DNA of 64,000 nt from the human T2T-CHM13v2.0 reference genome, Homo sapiens: assembly GCF_009914755.1 (NCBI RefSeq), contig NC_060934.1. The stretch is one strand, 5' to 3'. The notes below the pieces were generated by a model. That model saw only the letters and a list, made by a program, of their open reading frames with translations. It searched no databases and was not told the origin of the DNA. This document shows, one piece after another, positions 1 to 14,280 of this stretch (positions are counted from its first letter, which is position 1; each line of letters opens with the position of its first letter). Position numbers and translations under genes: made by a program.

Positions 1-2484
1 ATTGTGCACGTTTATTAGAAGAAGCCAGTTACAACTAGAAGGACATAGTGAAAATCCATAATCTTACAAATAATACTGAGTTCAGGCTATAATTTTTTGT
101 GGTGTACACAGAGCAGGGAAAGAATATCCTGGCAGTTGGCCCAAGGGCTTACTAATTATGTGCAGCCTTTTCAAATGAGAGCTCCCCCAAAGAATGTAAA
201 CATAGCTCAAGCAGGGCTGTAGTGTGTTGCTTAATGCCCTTGAACATGGCTGTGTTCTATCTGCTTGTGAACCAGTACTTCAGGTTTTTGAGATATGGGT
301 GTGGCCACAAATGTGAGATAATTGACCAAATAATTACAGAACAATTCCCAGAAGTTCTCTGGAGCTATAAAAACCTAGGTCTATTGGTATACTCAAACTA
401 GATAAATGGAAGCTAGTGAATTTTGTATAATTCCTGCATGGAAACCTCCTTTCACCTATACTTCCAAAGCTCTTTATTTGTACAATCTTTTATTATTGCA
501 CTTCTCATATGATATCACATACATGTCTCCCTCCCATTCTCTAAGCTCCTCAAATGAAGACTGTGGGGCAAACAGCAGCTGCTCATAAATGGCTGCATAA
601 ATGAAAGACTTTTGGTAAAAACTGACTTGTGACTTTATCCTGACCAAAACTTTATCTAATCGCCAGGTATCACCATTCCTCTAGCTTTAGAAAAATGCTT
701 ACTGTTCTCTCATCAAGCCTGACAAGACTAGCCACAATCTGACTACAGTAACACTAGGTAGGAATGCTCATGATATTTGGTTTAGCTCTAATTAGTTTCT
801 GGTATATTTTCATGCTATTATTGTTAGTGCTGTATGCATCATTTAATAGATTTTACGACCCTCTACAATGTCTGAAACTATAAACAGAAAAATGAGCTCA
901 ATAAATGTAAATGATTTAGTCTTCCACAGCAACCATTATCATAAATCATGAATGGAACTATCAGTAGCGATTCTGTTAGTTTTCTGCCTAATAGTTTTGG
1001 CAGAAGTTCAAGGGGCATATGTCGGCTCTTGGCTTGGGAACAGAATAATGGCAGTGCCTTCACAACTCACTATATGCTGAAGTCACGTTTGTTGCCAATT
1101 CTTTTCATATTCAAAATAATTTTCTGGTGTATGTAACACAACTTATTTTCTAAAGTATGTGAAATAAAGTAGTATGAAATCAATTATTAGCTTCAGGTTT
1201 TGTAACCTCATTTTATAAAATTAAAAGTCCTACCTCTGTTTCCTGCCCCAAGCCAGTGGACTGTTTAAAATGACACTTGCACATTGGAGGATTCTTTATG
1301 CTTGTTCTGAACATTCTAAATTAGATAATACATTATCACAGAAACTCTTCTGGGGGTGTACTGATTTAACTAATCCCTTTGAATGCCAACTAATTAAAAA
1401 TATTTAGCAATATGTAGCTTCATATGTACAAACATAAGATGTTCTTTTAAAGTACTGAATTATATATACTTCAAATTCTGAAATTATTTGATAGAGAAAA
1501 ATCTTTATCCTGCTCCTATGCAGAAATATTGTAGTTTCAAAAGCTCAAATAAATTGGTTACACATGCTTAATTTTTGAAAAAAATATACATATTCAAAGT
1601 CACTGATGTACTAGTCAGATTTTAGGTTTTAAAATAAATCTGTACATTTAATACTAGCTTTATAATTAGGTACATAAAATATCTTTATTCCCTTAAACGA
1701 ACATGCATATAAACAATTTTTCAAGTAAGAAAAGTACTAGTAATATATCAGCAATAAATGGCTTGATCTATTGTGTTCATACAGCAAATTACAAGGTAAG
1801 AACTAATCATAAATTTACATTTAGATAATGTACTATTTTAAGTGCTATATACATTTCTTGATTTTTTTCTCTTTAATTTTGCTCATTTTGACAGACTATT
1901 TGCTTTCCTTTTGCAGATACCCTACACAAAGAGCGATGATTATCTCCTTCCAAACAAATAGAAATTTCCATTTTTGACAACATTTCTGCCTGTTTAAACC
2001 TGCTCTATGCACTGAACTATCAGCTATGTTTCCATGTGATTACCTATAAAGATAGGCACTTTCAAGTTTCTTTTTTTAAAGAAGGTGTAGCATGAAGCTG
2101 CTTATTTCTCTTTAATGTGGCAGAGTCATTCTGCAATTAAGACATACCTAATTACCATGTTTTCAACAGATGCAAATGGAGCTCAATTAAAATTCTAGTC
2201 CATGTTACAAATTAAGGCACTCAACTCTGAAAGGTATCATGTTAGGACTGGATCACCAACAAGTTTGGAAAAGATCGGGCATTTACGTGTTAATGATGAT
2301 GGAGAAAATGACTTTGGGTTTTCATTGAAGTGCAAAGTTCTGCAGCTACTGCCATAAATAATCTATTTCTATCTAAACTTTACAAACATTTTACAGTCAA
2401 GGTTGACTCAAAGCCTCAAGGTCATTAGAGTCTATTTCCCCCCCCCATTGAGAAGTGATGCTACTGTTGATACTATAATTTCTG

Positions 2485-2950
2485 TTGGCCGCTTATCCAA
2501 AATCCATTTCTCCCTTTATTCTTCCTAATAGAACTCTGTGTCCAGGAATGCAACCTAGCTCCAAGGGGTGAATTCATTATTAAGTTTATGGATGCCATAC
2601 CCCTGCAGACTTGCCAGTCCAAGGTTATCAGACCAAGAATGGCCCCGTTGGACTCAATGGACATATCCATGCTTAGGGAGAGGGCTCATTCCCTTCTGTT
2701 AGACAGCAATAAGACAGTAAAAGGCCTCTGAGCCCTAAAATTACCCTATGGATAGCTGAATTATGGAATTATTTTGTGGGTAGCTGACTCATGGATAGCA
2801 GAGCAGAAGGGGCAGAAAAATGTTGGGTCTTTGGAGAAATCTCTCTGAAGAACTCTAGAACTCAAGTTATGTAGGAAAATGTATTTCCTTATTGTTTGAG
2901 TTGGTCTGAGTTGCACTTTCTATTACATATAGCTGAAAGCATCCTAAAAG
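2485..2950. mobile_element. MLT1-type (ERVL-MaLR) LTR relic
   Basis: Termini resemble MLT1 (…aaatccatttctccc…; …ttctattacatatagctgaaagcatcctaa). Confidence 0.55.
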
Positions 2951-5496
2951 GTACACTGCATAAAGCAAGTGTTAGAGCAACTGTGGAATATCTATTGTGT
3001 TATTTGTCTTAAGTGTATAATTTAGCAGTAAATATCATTTTAGGTAGCTTTGGCAATTTTACTAGATTTAAATAATTTGTTTAGATTTGCTACTAGATTA
3101 AAATGAATTGTTCAATGGGTATAAATAGAGATATACAAAACGAAAATATCATAGTATTACTTTGTATTTAAAACTCAACAATACTCTCCTCTGAGGGAGA
3201 GGCCCCAAGAAGCATCATTAAATACTCACTGAGCAATTAAATGAAGGACTGAATAAGCAGCCAACAATATGAAGAACTGCCCTTTGTTGCACCCATTTAA
3301 CTATGAACTACCTTAGAATTAGGAATACTTAGTAATAGGAACACAGATACTTGAGCAATTTACAATTTATATTGAAAGATAAAGGATGAAATGTAAAAAT
3401 TCTACACAGGGTGACTCAGTCTTCACAAGCTATATTCTTAAAACAAAACTTTTAAGTTAAAATGAGACATTCAAAATAGAAAATTTCACTGGATTTAGTA
3501 AATCCACTGACCACTACCAATTTCTGTTAGTGTTAGGTAAAAAGATAATACAACTAAATGAGGACTGGACTTTCAGTCGCTGCAAACTCCTGCATAGGAA
3601 TCAAGAACGCTGGGGACATAAATATTGTTTTTATTTCTTATTTTGGTGGAACACTTTGACTTTGGAAGAGAAAGAAAGATGTAGGAAATGAACAGCTAGT
3701 GATACACAGATGGTGTCGAATAACATGATCTGCTCTTCTGGACTCTGACTTTTAACATTAGAATGATGAGCTCTTGGCAACAGAAAAACTTAGCTTTTCC
3801 TGAAAACCAAAAAAAGGAAACCACACACACACAAAGCTGGCATGAAACAGGAAGACTTTAGAGCTTTTAGACTAATACATGGGGTGAGAATAATAACTGA
3901 TATGATGAAGACTGTGAGGAGGTAAAAAAGCTATGAAGGAATCAGGTGACATTTATTAGTGGTATTGTAGAGTGGTTTCAGCAACTGGGAGAAAGTTCAA
4001 ATAGATGACTCCTCAGACACTCTACTCTAAAAATAGCTCTATTTCATTTTTAAAAAACCTTTCAATATATGTGGGTGAAGGAAGAAAAACAATAGGATCA
4101 CTCTTTTAAAGAGTTATTACCAAAAACCTTTCTTCACTTTTACTTGACATTCTAAACTTCTCTTTAACCCATCCCCCTCAAATGAAGCAGGTAAAATGCT
4201 CCCACAGATAATGGTAGAATGTCACCTCCATTATCCCTCCCTTCCCTAGACAATGTTGCAGAGCAGGCACAATGAGGGTCACACCCTCAATTTTCTGAAC
4301 CTTCGCAAATTCGCTTTTAGTGTCCAACTGATTTTAACATTCAAATGACGGCCCACAGTGGATGCTGTTTTCTGTCCATGGGGACAATTTAAAATGAAGC
4401 TGAAGGCTTTTTAAAAACCAATTCTGACCGAAAGGGCTGGCTACACAATCGAAATGACAGCATTCCTAACCCTACAGTTGGAATTGCCACTGAGAATTTT
4501 ATTTTAATCAAGGAGTGAGCTTAACGTACACAACGTCTGTTTGAACAACATACAAACTATTATTTATGGTCAAAGAAAGAGATTTCAGGCCACTGCTCAG
4601 ACTCTTTTGAGTGAAACACAAAAATTAACAGCATAAAAATGTTTAGAGATTATAAAATAGTGAATGGCTAGCAATGCTTTACTTTGCTTTTGTGTGTGTG
4701 AGGAATCAGAATGCCTGCTTCCCAAAAGCGAATGTTCTTACCTACCATGAAACATAATCTATATTGAGTGATCCGCAAAAATTTCCTGATGTTAAAAAAA
4801 TAATTTATACTAAAAAGTCTCGGATGCACTGTGTAGAATCAGCTGGAGCTTAAGAAAAACTAGATTGTCGGGGGAAAAGTTTCTTGGAGAAGGAAGATGA
4901 CAGTATAATATACACACATTAGAGGGCTGGGGAAGAAAGAAGATACACCTCACGAAGTGTGCACCGCATGGCACAGGCAAGGGTAAGCACGGACACTTGA
5001 GGGGCTGTGAGAGTCAGAAGGTGACTGCAGAGCTCACTGGGCACATCTAGAGACAGGAGGCCCAGTTGGGAGACACTAGCAATACCTTCTGATATTAAAT
5101 AACGAGGGTCCGGCCTAGACTGCAAGTAAGGGGTGAGATTAGATTACATGTGGAAAGATTAAGAAAGCTTGGTAATGGAGTGGTGACACAGTGAGATGAT
5201 GATTCCAAGTTTCTGAGCCTGGAAGTGCTAATGAGAGAAATCACATCATCATCATCATCCATCTTTGTGTGAGAGACGCTAAGCCCGTAAACAGTTTCTT
5301 CCTTTGCTCTGGTACTGCCAAGCATCATCGCTCACCTGGATGATTGTACTACTATCACAGAAATTAGCTCCTTGCCCTGACGTTACTACTTATCATCCCA
5401 TCTCAATAAGCCACCCTCTACCCCAGAGTCCCATCATATTATTTTATTTGAAATGCAAGTAATTTAAAATAGTCTGTGGTTTGCTGTCTACATCTT

Positions 5497-5767
5497 TTTT
5501 TTTGAGATGGAGTTTTGCTTTGTCGCCCAAGCTGGAGTGTAGTGGCGTGATCTTGGCTCACTGCAACCTCCGCCTCCCGGGTTCAAGCAATTCTCATGCC
5601 TCAGCCTCCGAAGTAGTTGAGATTACAGGCATGCAGCACCACGCCTGGCTAATCTTTGTATTTTTAGTAGAGATGGGGTCTCGCCATGTTGGCCAGGCTG
5701 GTCTCGAACTCCTGATCTCAAGTGATCCACCTGCCTCAGCCACCCAAAGTGCTGGGATGACAGGCAC
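5497..5767 (-). mobile_element. AluS, slightly 5'-truncated
   Basis: Reverse Alu consensus; TSD ctacatctt at 5488 and 5768. Confidence 0.93.
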
Positions 5768-6316
5768 CTACATCTTAAACCTCACTCCTCACTATGCTCT
5801 CACCTGCCCCATACACACCAACCTAACAGAACTACTGCAGCCCAGAGATGGCTCCCCATTCCCTATGTTCCATATTTCTCTGTGCATCCAGTTGAAGACT
5901 CTCAAGCAGTAACACTCAACTCGGCCAATACCTCTCTTCTGGAAATCTCCTCCTCTACTTTCCTCTCCTCCCTAATTCCACATCAGCTGGGCACCCCTAC
6001 ACCACCACCCCCTCCCCAGTGTCACACTAACTTACACACTACAATGGAACTGAACCACACTCCTTATCAAGTGCTCATTTATCCACTGGGTTGAATCATC
6101 CCCCAACCCCGAGCCCTTAGGAACTAATAGCCTAAATATCAGACTTTAGGTACACACTCTGCAGTAGTTTTAGCGCAATGGGCTTTCTGTTTGGAAGTGT
6201 GTTTCATATTCTAGAAAAACCACAGGACTGAGAATTAGAAGATACGCATTCTAAGATTCAGTTCCTAAGTGTAATCTTAGTCAAATATATAGATACTATT
6301 TCCTCTTAAAAAATGG

Positions 6317-6621
<305 letters not shown>

Positions 6622-8865
6622 GTTAGAAATGAGGATTCTATCATTCAAAACACTTCAGATGTCAATATTCATTGCACTTTCTGCTAAGTTACATTTTACC
6701 TAGAAAAAGAAATGCAGAGAATACCTTTGGTTATTTCACAACCATACACCCATACTATGATCAGAAACCTCCTAAAAATTAATCGAAGCTCCCTTTCTTA
6801 AACTGCAGGTTAAGTATATGTATCATTTTATTTGCATAAAATGATGTGATAGGTTATTCTTCTTCTTAGCATTTCAGAACAAGTATTTTTATAGATCAAC
6901 ATCCAATTATCCACTAAAATGGATTAACCAAATAGGAAACAGTTTACAAAGTACTCTGACTTTGAAATCTGATCCCAAATTCTTCCACAATAGATTTACT
7001 GTAATCCACTGTGTTTTGCTTATGATAAAATTATACTTAGTTTGCATTATTTTTGCTGAAATAGGTGGTGATGAAAGGTGGCTAGAAGTGGGTAGAATAC
7101 TGAGAGTAGAAAATGAGATATCAAAGGCAATATGTTATTTCATAGCTAATAAAACAATAACAAAATTCCCCTAGAAGCTCTCATATTAGTTGATTTAATA
7201 ATGTAAATTCAGTTTCTTCAAATTTCATACTGAAAACCTAAATTATGTGTATTCTGGAGCAGTGCTTTTCTCCTATCTCTTAATAAGAGCTCTATAGGAA
7301 ATTATGCAAGCTACCTACTTCATGTTTGAAGACAATGCCTTCATGTTTGCAAGGCACAAAGTTTGTCACATTTAAAATTCTGAACTTGATATATCTTAAA
7401 ATCAATAGGTATAATTAATAGGAGATATTTAGTTTTGCTGTTTCACTTCCTCAACCTTAACAAAAAGCTGTTACAAAACTGAGTGCAGGGCTTACAATTT
7501 CTGGCAACTTTTAATTACGAAAAAGTAGAATTAATGTATTTTTTAAAAGAAAACAAAGCAATCTTACTGCATGCATTTTCTTGGTAGCAATAGAAACTGA
7601 TTTATCATGGGGAGGAGAAGTCGCTTGCTGAGAGCCAGGCTGGGCATGTAATTTGCATAGAAGAGGGAGCAGATTGTCAATGCCCTGACCTGTCAAACAC
7701 AGGTAGGGCCTCGGAGATAATGGGTCCCAGAATACAAAGCTCCATCTTGATCCAGACAGACGCACACAACATGGAGAGGCCAGATGGATTAAATGAGACA
7801 CAAAAATGCTGGCTTCTGCCATCTCCACAGGAAGAATGTAAGTGCTGCAGAAGATGACAGATACCAGATACCACATGGATCCCACCCCAGTCTCTTGGCC
7901 CCATTGCTGTGCCCATGCCATGATTTCCACACTGCTGAGAAGAGGCCAGCCTGTTCAGTGCCATGAATATAGTCACTGGGGAGGGGCTCGACCCAACTGA
8001 CAAAAGCAATCAACCATGCCTACGCCTATGTGTCTTACTTGTAAAGAGGAAAAGTGCCACATGATGATAGAAATCAGAGCCTGCAGCACGGTGCAAGGAG
8101 CTCTCTGTTCCTGCTGACCTCCATAACTAGCTTTTCCACAATGGCTCAGTCTCTAGCCACGCATTTCCAGGGTGCACTGCATCCTCAGGAAATGTCCCAT
8201 GTGACAAAAAGACCATCTGCCTAGACGAGGGTCCTCTTTTCAGATCCAGGTTCAAGGGGGATGTGGCTTTTTAATTTCTACGGGCAGCTGTAACTGAGTT
8301 GGACCATCGGGACAAGAAAGAACCCACTTCCCCTGAGGCCCACTTAGCACAGACAATAGAAGATGTTGGACATGCAGCCAGGGGACACATAGCTAAGGGA
8401 CAAGCCCAGAAGGGCAAAAATGCAGGAGCATAGCCACAGAGACAGCAAGTCCAGAGACTCCGCTGTGCAGGTCCACAAGCCAGACGCTGAAAATGGTGTG
8501 GTTAGGAAGCCGAAGGAGGGCTAACTGAGCCAGCCTTCTTTCCAAAGCTGGAGGCAGAAAGTGCCTTCGCGTCTTCAGTTTTATGTAAGCTGACAGCCAC
8601 CAGCAGTAACACCACATTTGATAGACAATTTTTTTTTAAACAAAAACAAAGAGTTTGCTGAAGTATTGAAGATCTAGTGCATACAAGGTCCAGTGTGGGA
8701 TACCTCACTCACCCACTCATCGATTTGGCAGACATTTATTTAATTCTATGATTTGCCAAGCTTTGTGTTTGGTAATGCAAGATGGAAATAGATGGGGTGT
8801 TTTCCACATGGGCCTCGCAAAAGGTGAGGGGGTTAGCGTGCCAGAAGTAGGGCAGTGAGGGGGTA

Positions 8866-9260
8866 CATAGAATCATGGAATGTTAAACTAGGAAGGACTT
8901 CGGAAACCATCTAAACCATCTAAGCCAGAACTTTTACAACTTTTTCCTAAATACTCAAAAACACCCTTTTTAAAAACTAAAATTTACAAAGGATCCCCAT
9001 GTACAGAAGTGAGTAAAACAACTGTGAAGGTGGTGGTGGGGGGAAGGTGACACTGGTGGCCTTTCCCACTCTCCAAACCCATTGAGGTACTGCTCCTGAC
9101 CAGAGATCACAACACACCAGTTGAAAGTCAATTATCTAGTCCAAATCTTCAGTTTTACAAATGAAGAAATTAAAGCTCAAGCAGTTGAAGTTTTGACTAA
9201 AATCCCAAATTACTTAGAAGAATGTAGAGGAGGATGCAAGTCACCTGAATTCCACTTCTG
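8866..9260. mobile_element. MIR relic, apparently interrupted by an insertion (~8925-9130)
   Basis: MIR-like acatagaatcatggaatgtt...ccatcta and atctagtccaaatc...cagttttacaaatgaagaaattaaagctca. Confidence 0.5.
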
Positions 9261-11052
9261 TGTTCATTCCACCCTATAAACACGATTTCAACAACCAAAA
9301 TTGGAAAAGTTTGGAATTTACAATAGTTGCCATTCATTTGCCATATGCAAAGTTCAGAAGACTGGTATGCAAAAAATAATAAAAACAGGACTTTTGAAAA
9401 ATACAACATTTGGTGGTTGTAGGTGCAGCGTGTTTTAGGGCACCTGCCACACGTGTATTTCCCAGGTCTTGTCCAGAACTTTATCTTTGGTTTGCAAATT
9501 GTAATTTGCCTATCCATGTGTTTCATTTCACTTTTTTTCTCTGAAGGACAGATACATGAATGAACTTTAATATACTGTTATTTCTCATTTTGTTTTTTAA
9601 AAAATAAGTTTATATAGGGACAAAATCAGATGTCCATGTTGGTGGGACACTCTGGAGGCTATCCCTACAGAATTAAAAATATACCTTATATTCATATGTA
9701 TTCTATCTCCTGTTACATTTGAAATGAGTGAAATATTATAAGAGCAAACTGCATTTTTTAAGGAAAATTAAATAACATTTTAACCAGAACAAGAAAAAAG
9801 TTCAAAAGCATCATTATAGATACTTAAAAAATATATATCAAGGGGCCAAAGCATAGTAATTTTTGATTAAATATACACCCAAGACAGAGAGAAGCAAGCT
9901 CTATAATTGTCAAGTAATATTGATTAGGATGGCAAGGAACCATTATTACAAAGAGAAAAAACTCAATAGGGTCGAAAGCTTATATGACTCAGGATCTTGG
10001 AGACCAGGTTTGGCAGCAAAAATAGTAAATATGCTCCTCATCCTGCAAGAATGGGCTGCATATATTCACAGCCGGGAGGAAGAGGTGGGCCTGGAGAGGA
10101 CACCAGGAGGCTGCAACTGGGTCTGGAGAGGCTGACCTAAGGAAGTTCTGGGCCTGGAGAGGCCGCCAAAAGGGAAAAACTGGGCCTGGAAAGGCCCAGT
10201 TGTGAGGAATCTGATCATAGTGACAAAACTGCCTGGATTTAGATGGAGAATCAGGTGGAGGTGGAGAGAAGTGTAGCAATCCTCTAAGTTATGCTTCGCA
10301 TATTACATTATGACAGAAATATTCATCTTCCCAAACGCATTATATGTATAAGCATTATACGTATAAGCAATGTATATTAACGTATATATACATATACATT
10401 ATATGTATATGTATATATTCTCAAAATGTGATCTTTATTACTTAAAACTCTTCTTCCCACGAAAGTCTTTCTTAGGTATATGTGATAGAAGTGGTCCACT
10501 CAAATGTTGAATTGCAAGTAATTTACAATCTACACAAATTATCTCTGGTCTCTGCCTTAGTTTTATTCTGTGGTCCCTCCAACTATTCGTACAATAGTTT
10601 GATGGTTGAGTCACATTTGAGGTTAAAACACTAAAAGGTAAATTAGTAGTTATGAGCAATATAAGATAATCAACAATTTTCACTATTAGGACTCCTAAGC
10701 CCTTTTGCTTCTTAGTAAATATATCGGTAGAGTTTTTCCATTACTTTTTAATAGAATGTTTACTTTAATATAAGAAATGTTTAACTCTCTGGAAGGATAT
10801 ATTTGTACCTATCTATAAATTATTTTTTATTCAATAAACCATGGAAAACATTCATATTAACCTTTGACTTTTAATAATCTTGGCTTTAAATATTTTGCAA
10901 TTTCAAAATAAACACACATAAATATAGCTTGCTAGTTTAGTTATAGGAAAGAATGAGTAATTCCTGAAAGCAAAAAAAGAAAAAAAAAATGTTTTTAAGA
11001 TCACAGATTATTACAGGTACTCAATGGAGACATCCTATTTGAGACACTACAA

Positions 11053-11866
<814 letters not shown>

Positions 11867-14107
11867 TTATGTACCTGAATATGCACTGTCGAAAACTTCA
11901 GGTACATAACAATTATTTGCTCAATGATGAGTTCTGGAATGCAGATGGAAAAGACAAAGAATAAATGAAGTAATAGTTGCTAATTTTTATTTTTCCCAAA
12001 CTTATATTAGATTTGGTCTATTTTCTCTCTTTGCATTAGGAAAAACTCTAAGTCATTACTTTTTAAAAAAAATTTCAACAGATGAAATTGTTGTCAAATC
12101 GTTTTGCTCCGGTAATAGGAATAATCTAAAAGAACCAGAATAACCTGGAAGCTCATTTGAAAAGCAAGGGAAGATGAGGAGAAGGCTAAGGTCAACAACC
12201 AAGAATAAGCTTTGCACTTAATTAAAACCTTTTTTTTTTTGGCAATTTAAAATTCTTTAGAACAGAAGCTAGACATGCACATCAATGTGCATTGTCAAGT
12301 CTCTTCCTTGCTAAACTGCAGACCCACAACACTGCATAAGGAGTAAGACCACGGGGGCCAACATGTCACCAAAACAGTTAGGGCAACCTGGCAGCAGGCA
12401 GAAACCCAACCCTGGGAAATATGGATATTCTATAGGAAGAGTAACACAAGCTTTGAACGGAAACAGATTACATAAGGGCTCTCTCTCAGAGGGAAATAAA
12501 AAAGGAGAGACTGGATATGAGTACTTCTATCTCTAGGCCTGGGAACAATATGTTTGAAAAACAGGTGATGGACAGAAGAAAGACGACTTAGCAATTAACC
12601 AGAACATTTCATGAGGATGACAGGGACAAATTCCGGGAATTAAAAATTTGGCTCTATTTCCTGAGGATCTAGGGCAGAAGGACCCAAGATAATACCAATA
12701 GTACCAAGTTGTGGAAGGCAATCAAAACTGATTTCTTTAACCAGGTAAGACAGCCTCATCCATCACTGCCTGACCTGATACTCAAAGGTAGACTAATTTA
12801 GCTTCCGGATGACTGAAATACCAGCTCTGCACCACCACCTGGGCAATCCAGGTTATAGAACTGGTTCTTCATATATACAGTTAAAAAGACAGGTGAAAAA
12901 AATAGAGGGTAGGAGAAACAAAATAGTTTATCTCTGCATGGGGTCATCAGCCCATATGTTGATCATGTTATTACCCAGAAGACAAATAGTTGTGACATAG
13001 GCTTTTCACAGCTCAGAAAATAAAATAGAATTAAAATTACACTGAAAGACTCAAAACAAAATTTAATTTTTTAAGATTCACTGATGTTAAATGAAGCTAT
13101 TTTGGGTAAGAATAGATATGTTTAAAATGTAGTACAAACAGGAAGGCAAACACATGATTCTAATGAAGAAATAATATTCCACAAATTGTTGTGCTGGAAA
13201 GAAAAAGATGTCATATTTAGCTTTCTCAGTGCAGGTTTGTCTATATTTCTTTATTTTATGACAAAAGTTCATGAGATTTATTTCTTTGAATGAGATCCAT
13301 CTTACTTTTTCTCTGGGCAGCACTACAATTTTTGACAACTGCATTTTCTAAATTACTCATAAAAGTCATGTCATGGGAAGAAAAATGAATTTTGTTCCAA
13401 AAACCTACATAATAAGAAATGAAGGAATAAAAAAGAATGGGAAAAGATCATTCCTGGGCAGGGATATTTACCTTTATAGTTCCTAGAATTAGCACTGGAA
13501 AGATCCTTTTGTGAATAAATGTCTATCAACTTTCATAATTTACCAGCTATATTTGGCTTCCATACACATGTATTGGGCAAATATTTGGTGCTTTCTTGAG
13601 TTTATTAAGGATATGTGTATGTGTGTATGTATTTGTATGTGAGTATATATCATGAATAAAGATTTCATGCTTCCAGAAAAAATTCTCATAAAAACACCAT
13701 TTATATAAAGCTTTTCTTTGTGTAAAGTTAGCTGAGATTTTACTTAGTGTACTGACAGCAATAAAAACTTAAATAATAAATTTCAGAAATGGCATGAGTA
13801 TTCATTGAAATTGAGTGTCCCTAAGCATAAACACAGGCAAACTTGGAAAGAAAAACAATGGTCAAAGTATAATTCGATAAACGATAATTTTGTAAGTGCA
13901 ATTCAGAGCATACCTACCTATTTGTTTCCCTAAATTCATAACACTCTGAAATAACCTTTTGGCAAACTGTTGACCATTGTGGATGGTGGGCCCTGGGTTT
14001 GTGGAAGGTCAATGAACTACTCTCTGTATATTTATGTATAGATGAAAACTTTTACAATAAAAAATTATACAAAATGTCAATTATCTACAACTTCTGAACC
14101 TGTAACA

Positions 14108-14280
14108 CAGATCAGCAAACTGTGAGTCAAATGTGGAAAATTTTACTGGAACACAGCCATGCCCATGTATTTACATATTGTCTATGACTACTTTCATTCA
14201 ACAATGGTAGAATGTAAAAGTTGCAACAGAGATCTAAAATATTTACCATCTGTTCCTTTACAGAAAAAGCTTGCTAACAT
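14108..14280. mobile_element. MER58-family hAT relic
   Basis: ttttactggaacacagccatgccc...aaaatatttaccatctg..cctttacagaaaaag. Confidence 0.75.

Noticed and set aside
7651-7658. Octamer ATTTGCAT (also at 6830)
   Set aside because: Isolated 8-mers are expected by chance in 64 kb of AT-rich DNA
7511-8013. Overlapping minus-strand ORFs (139, 110 and 74 aa)
   Set aside because: No recognisable domain, not PARD3 sequence, no convincing splice sites
10086-10194. CRISPR-like repeat/spacer appearance
   Set aside because: Primate intron, 14-bp cores with 17-18-bp spacers, no cas genes; kept only as a spaced repeat
10337-10420. 15-bp tandem repeat grading into TA-rich sequence
   Set aside because: Ordinary low-complexity DNA
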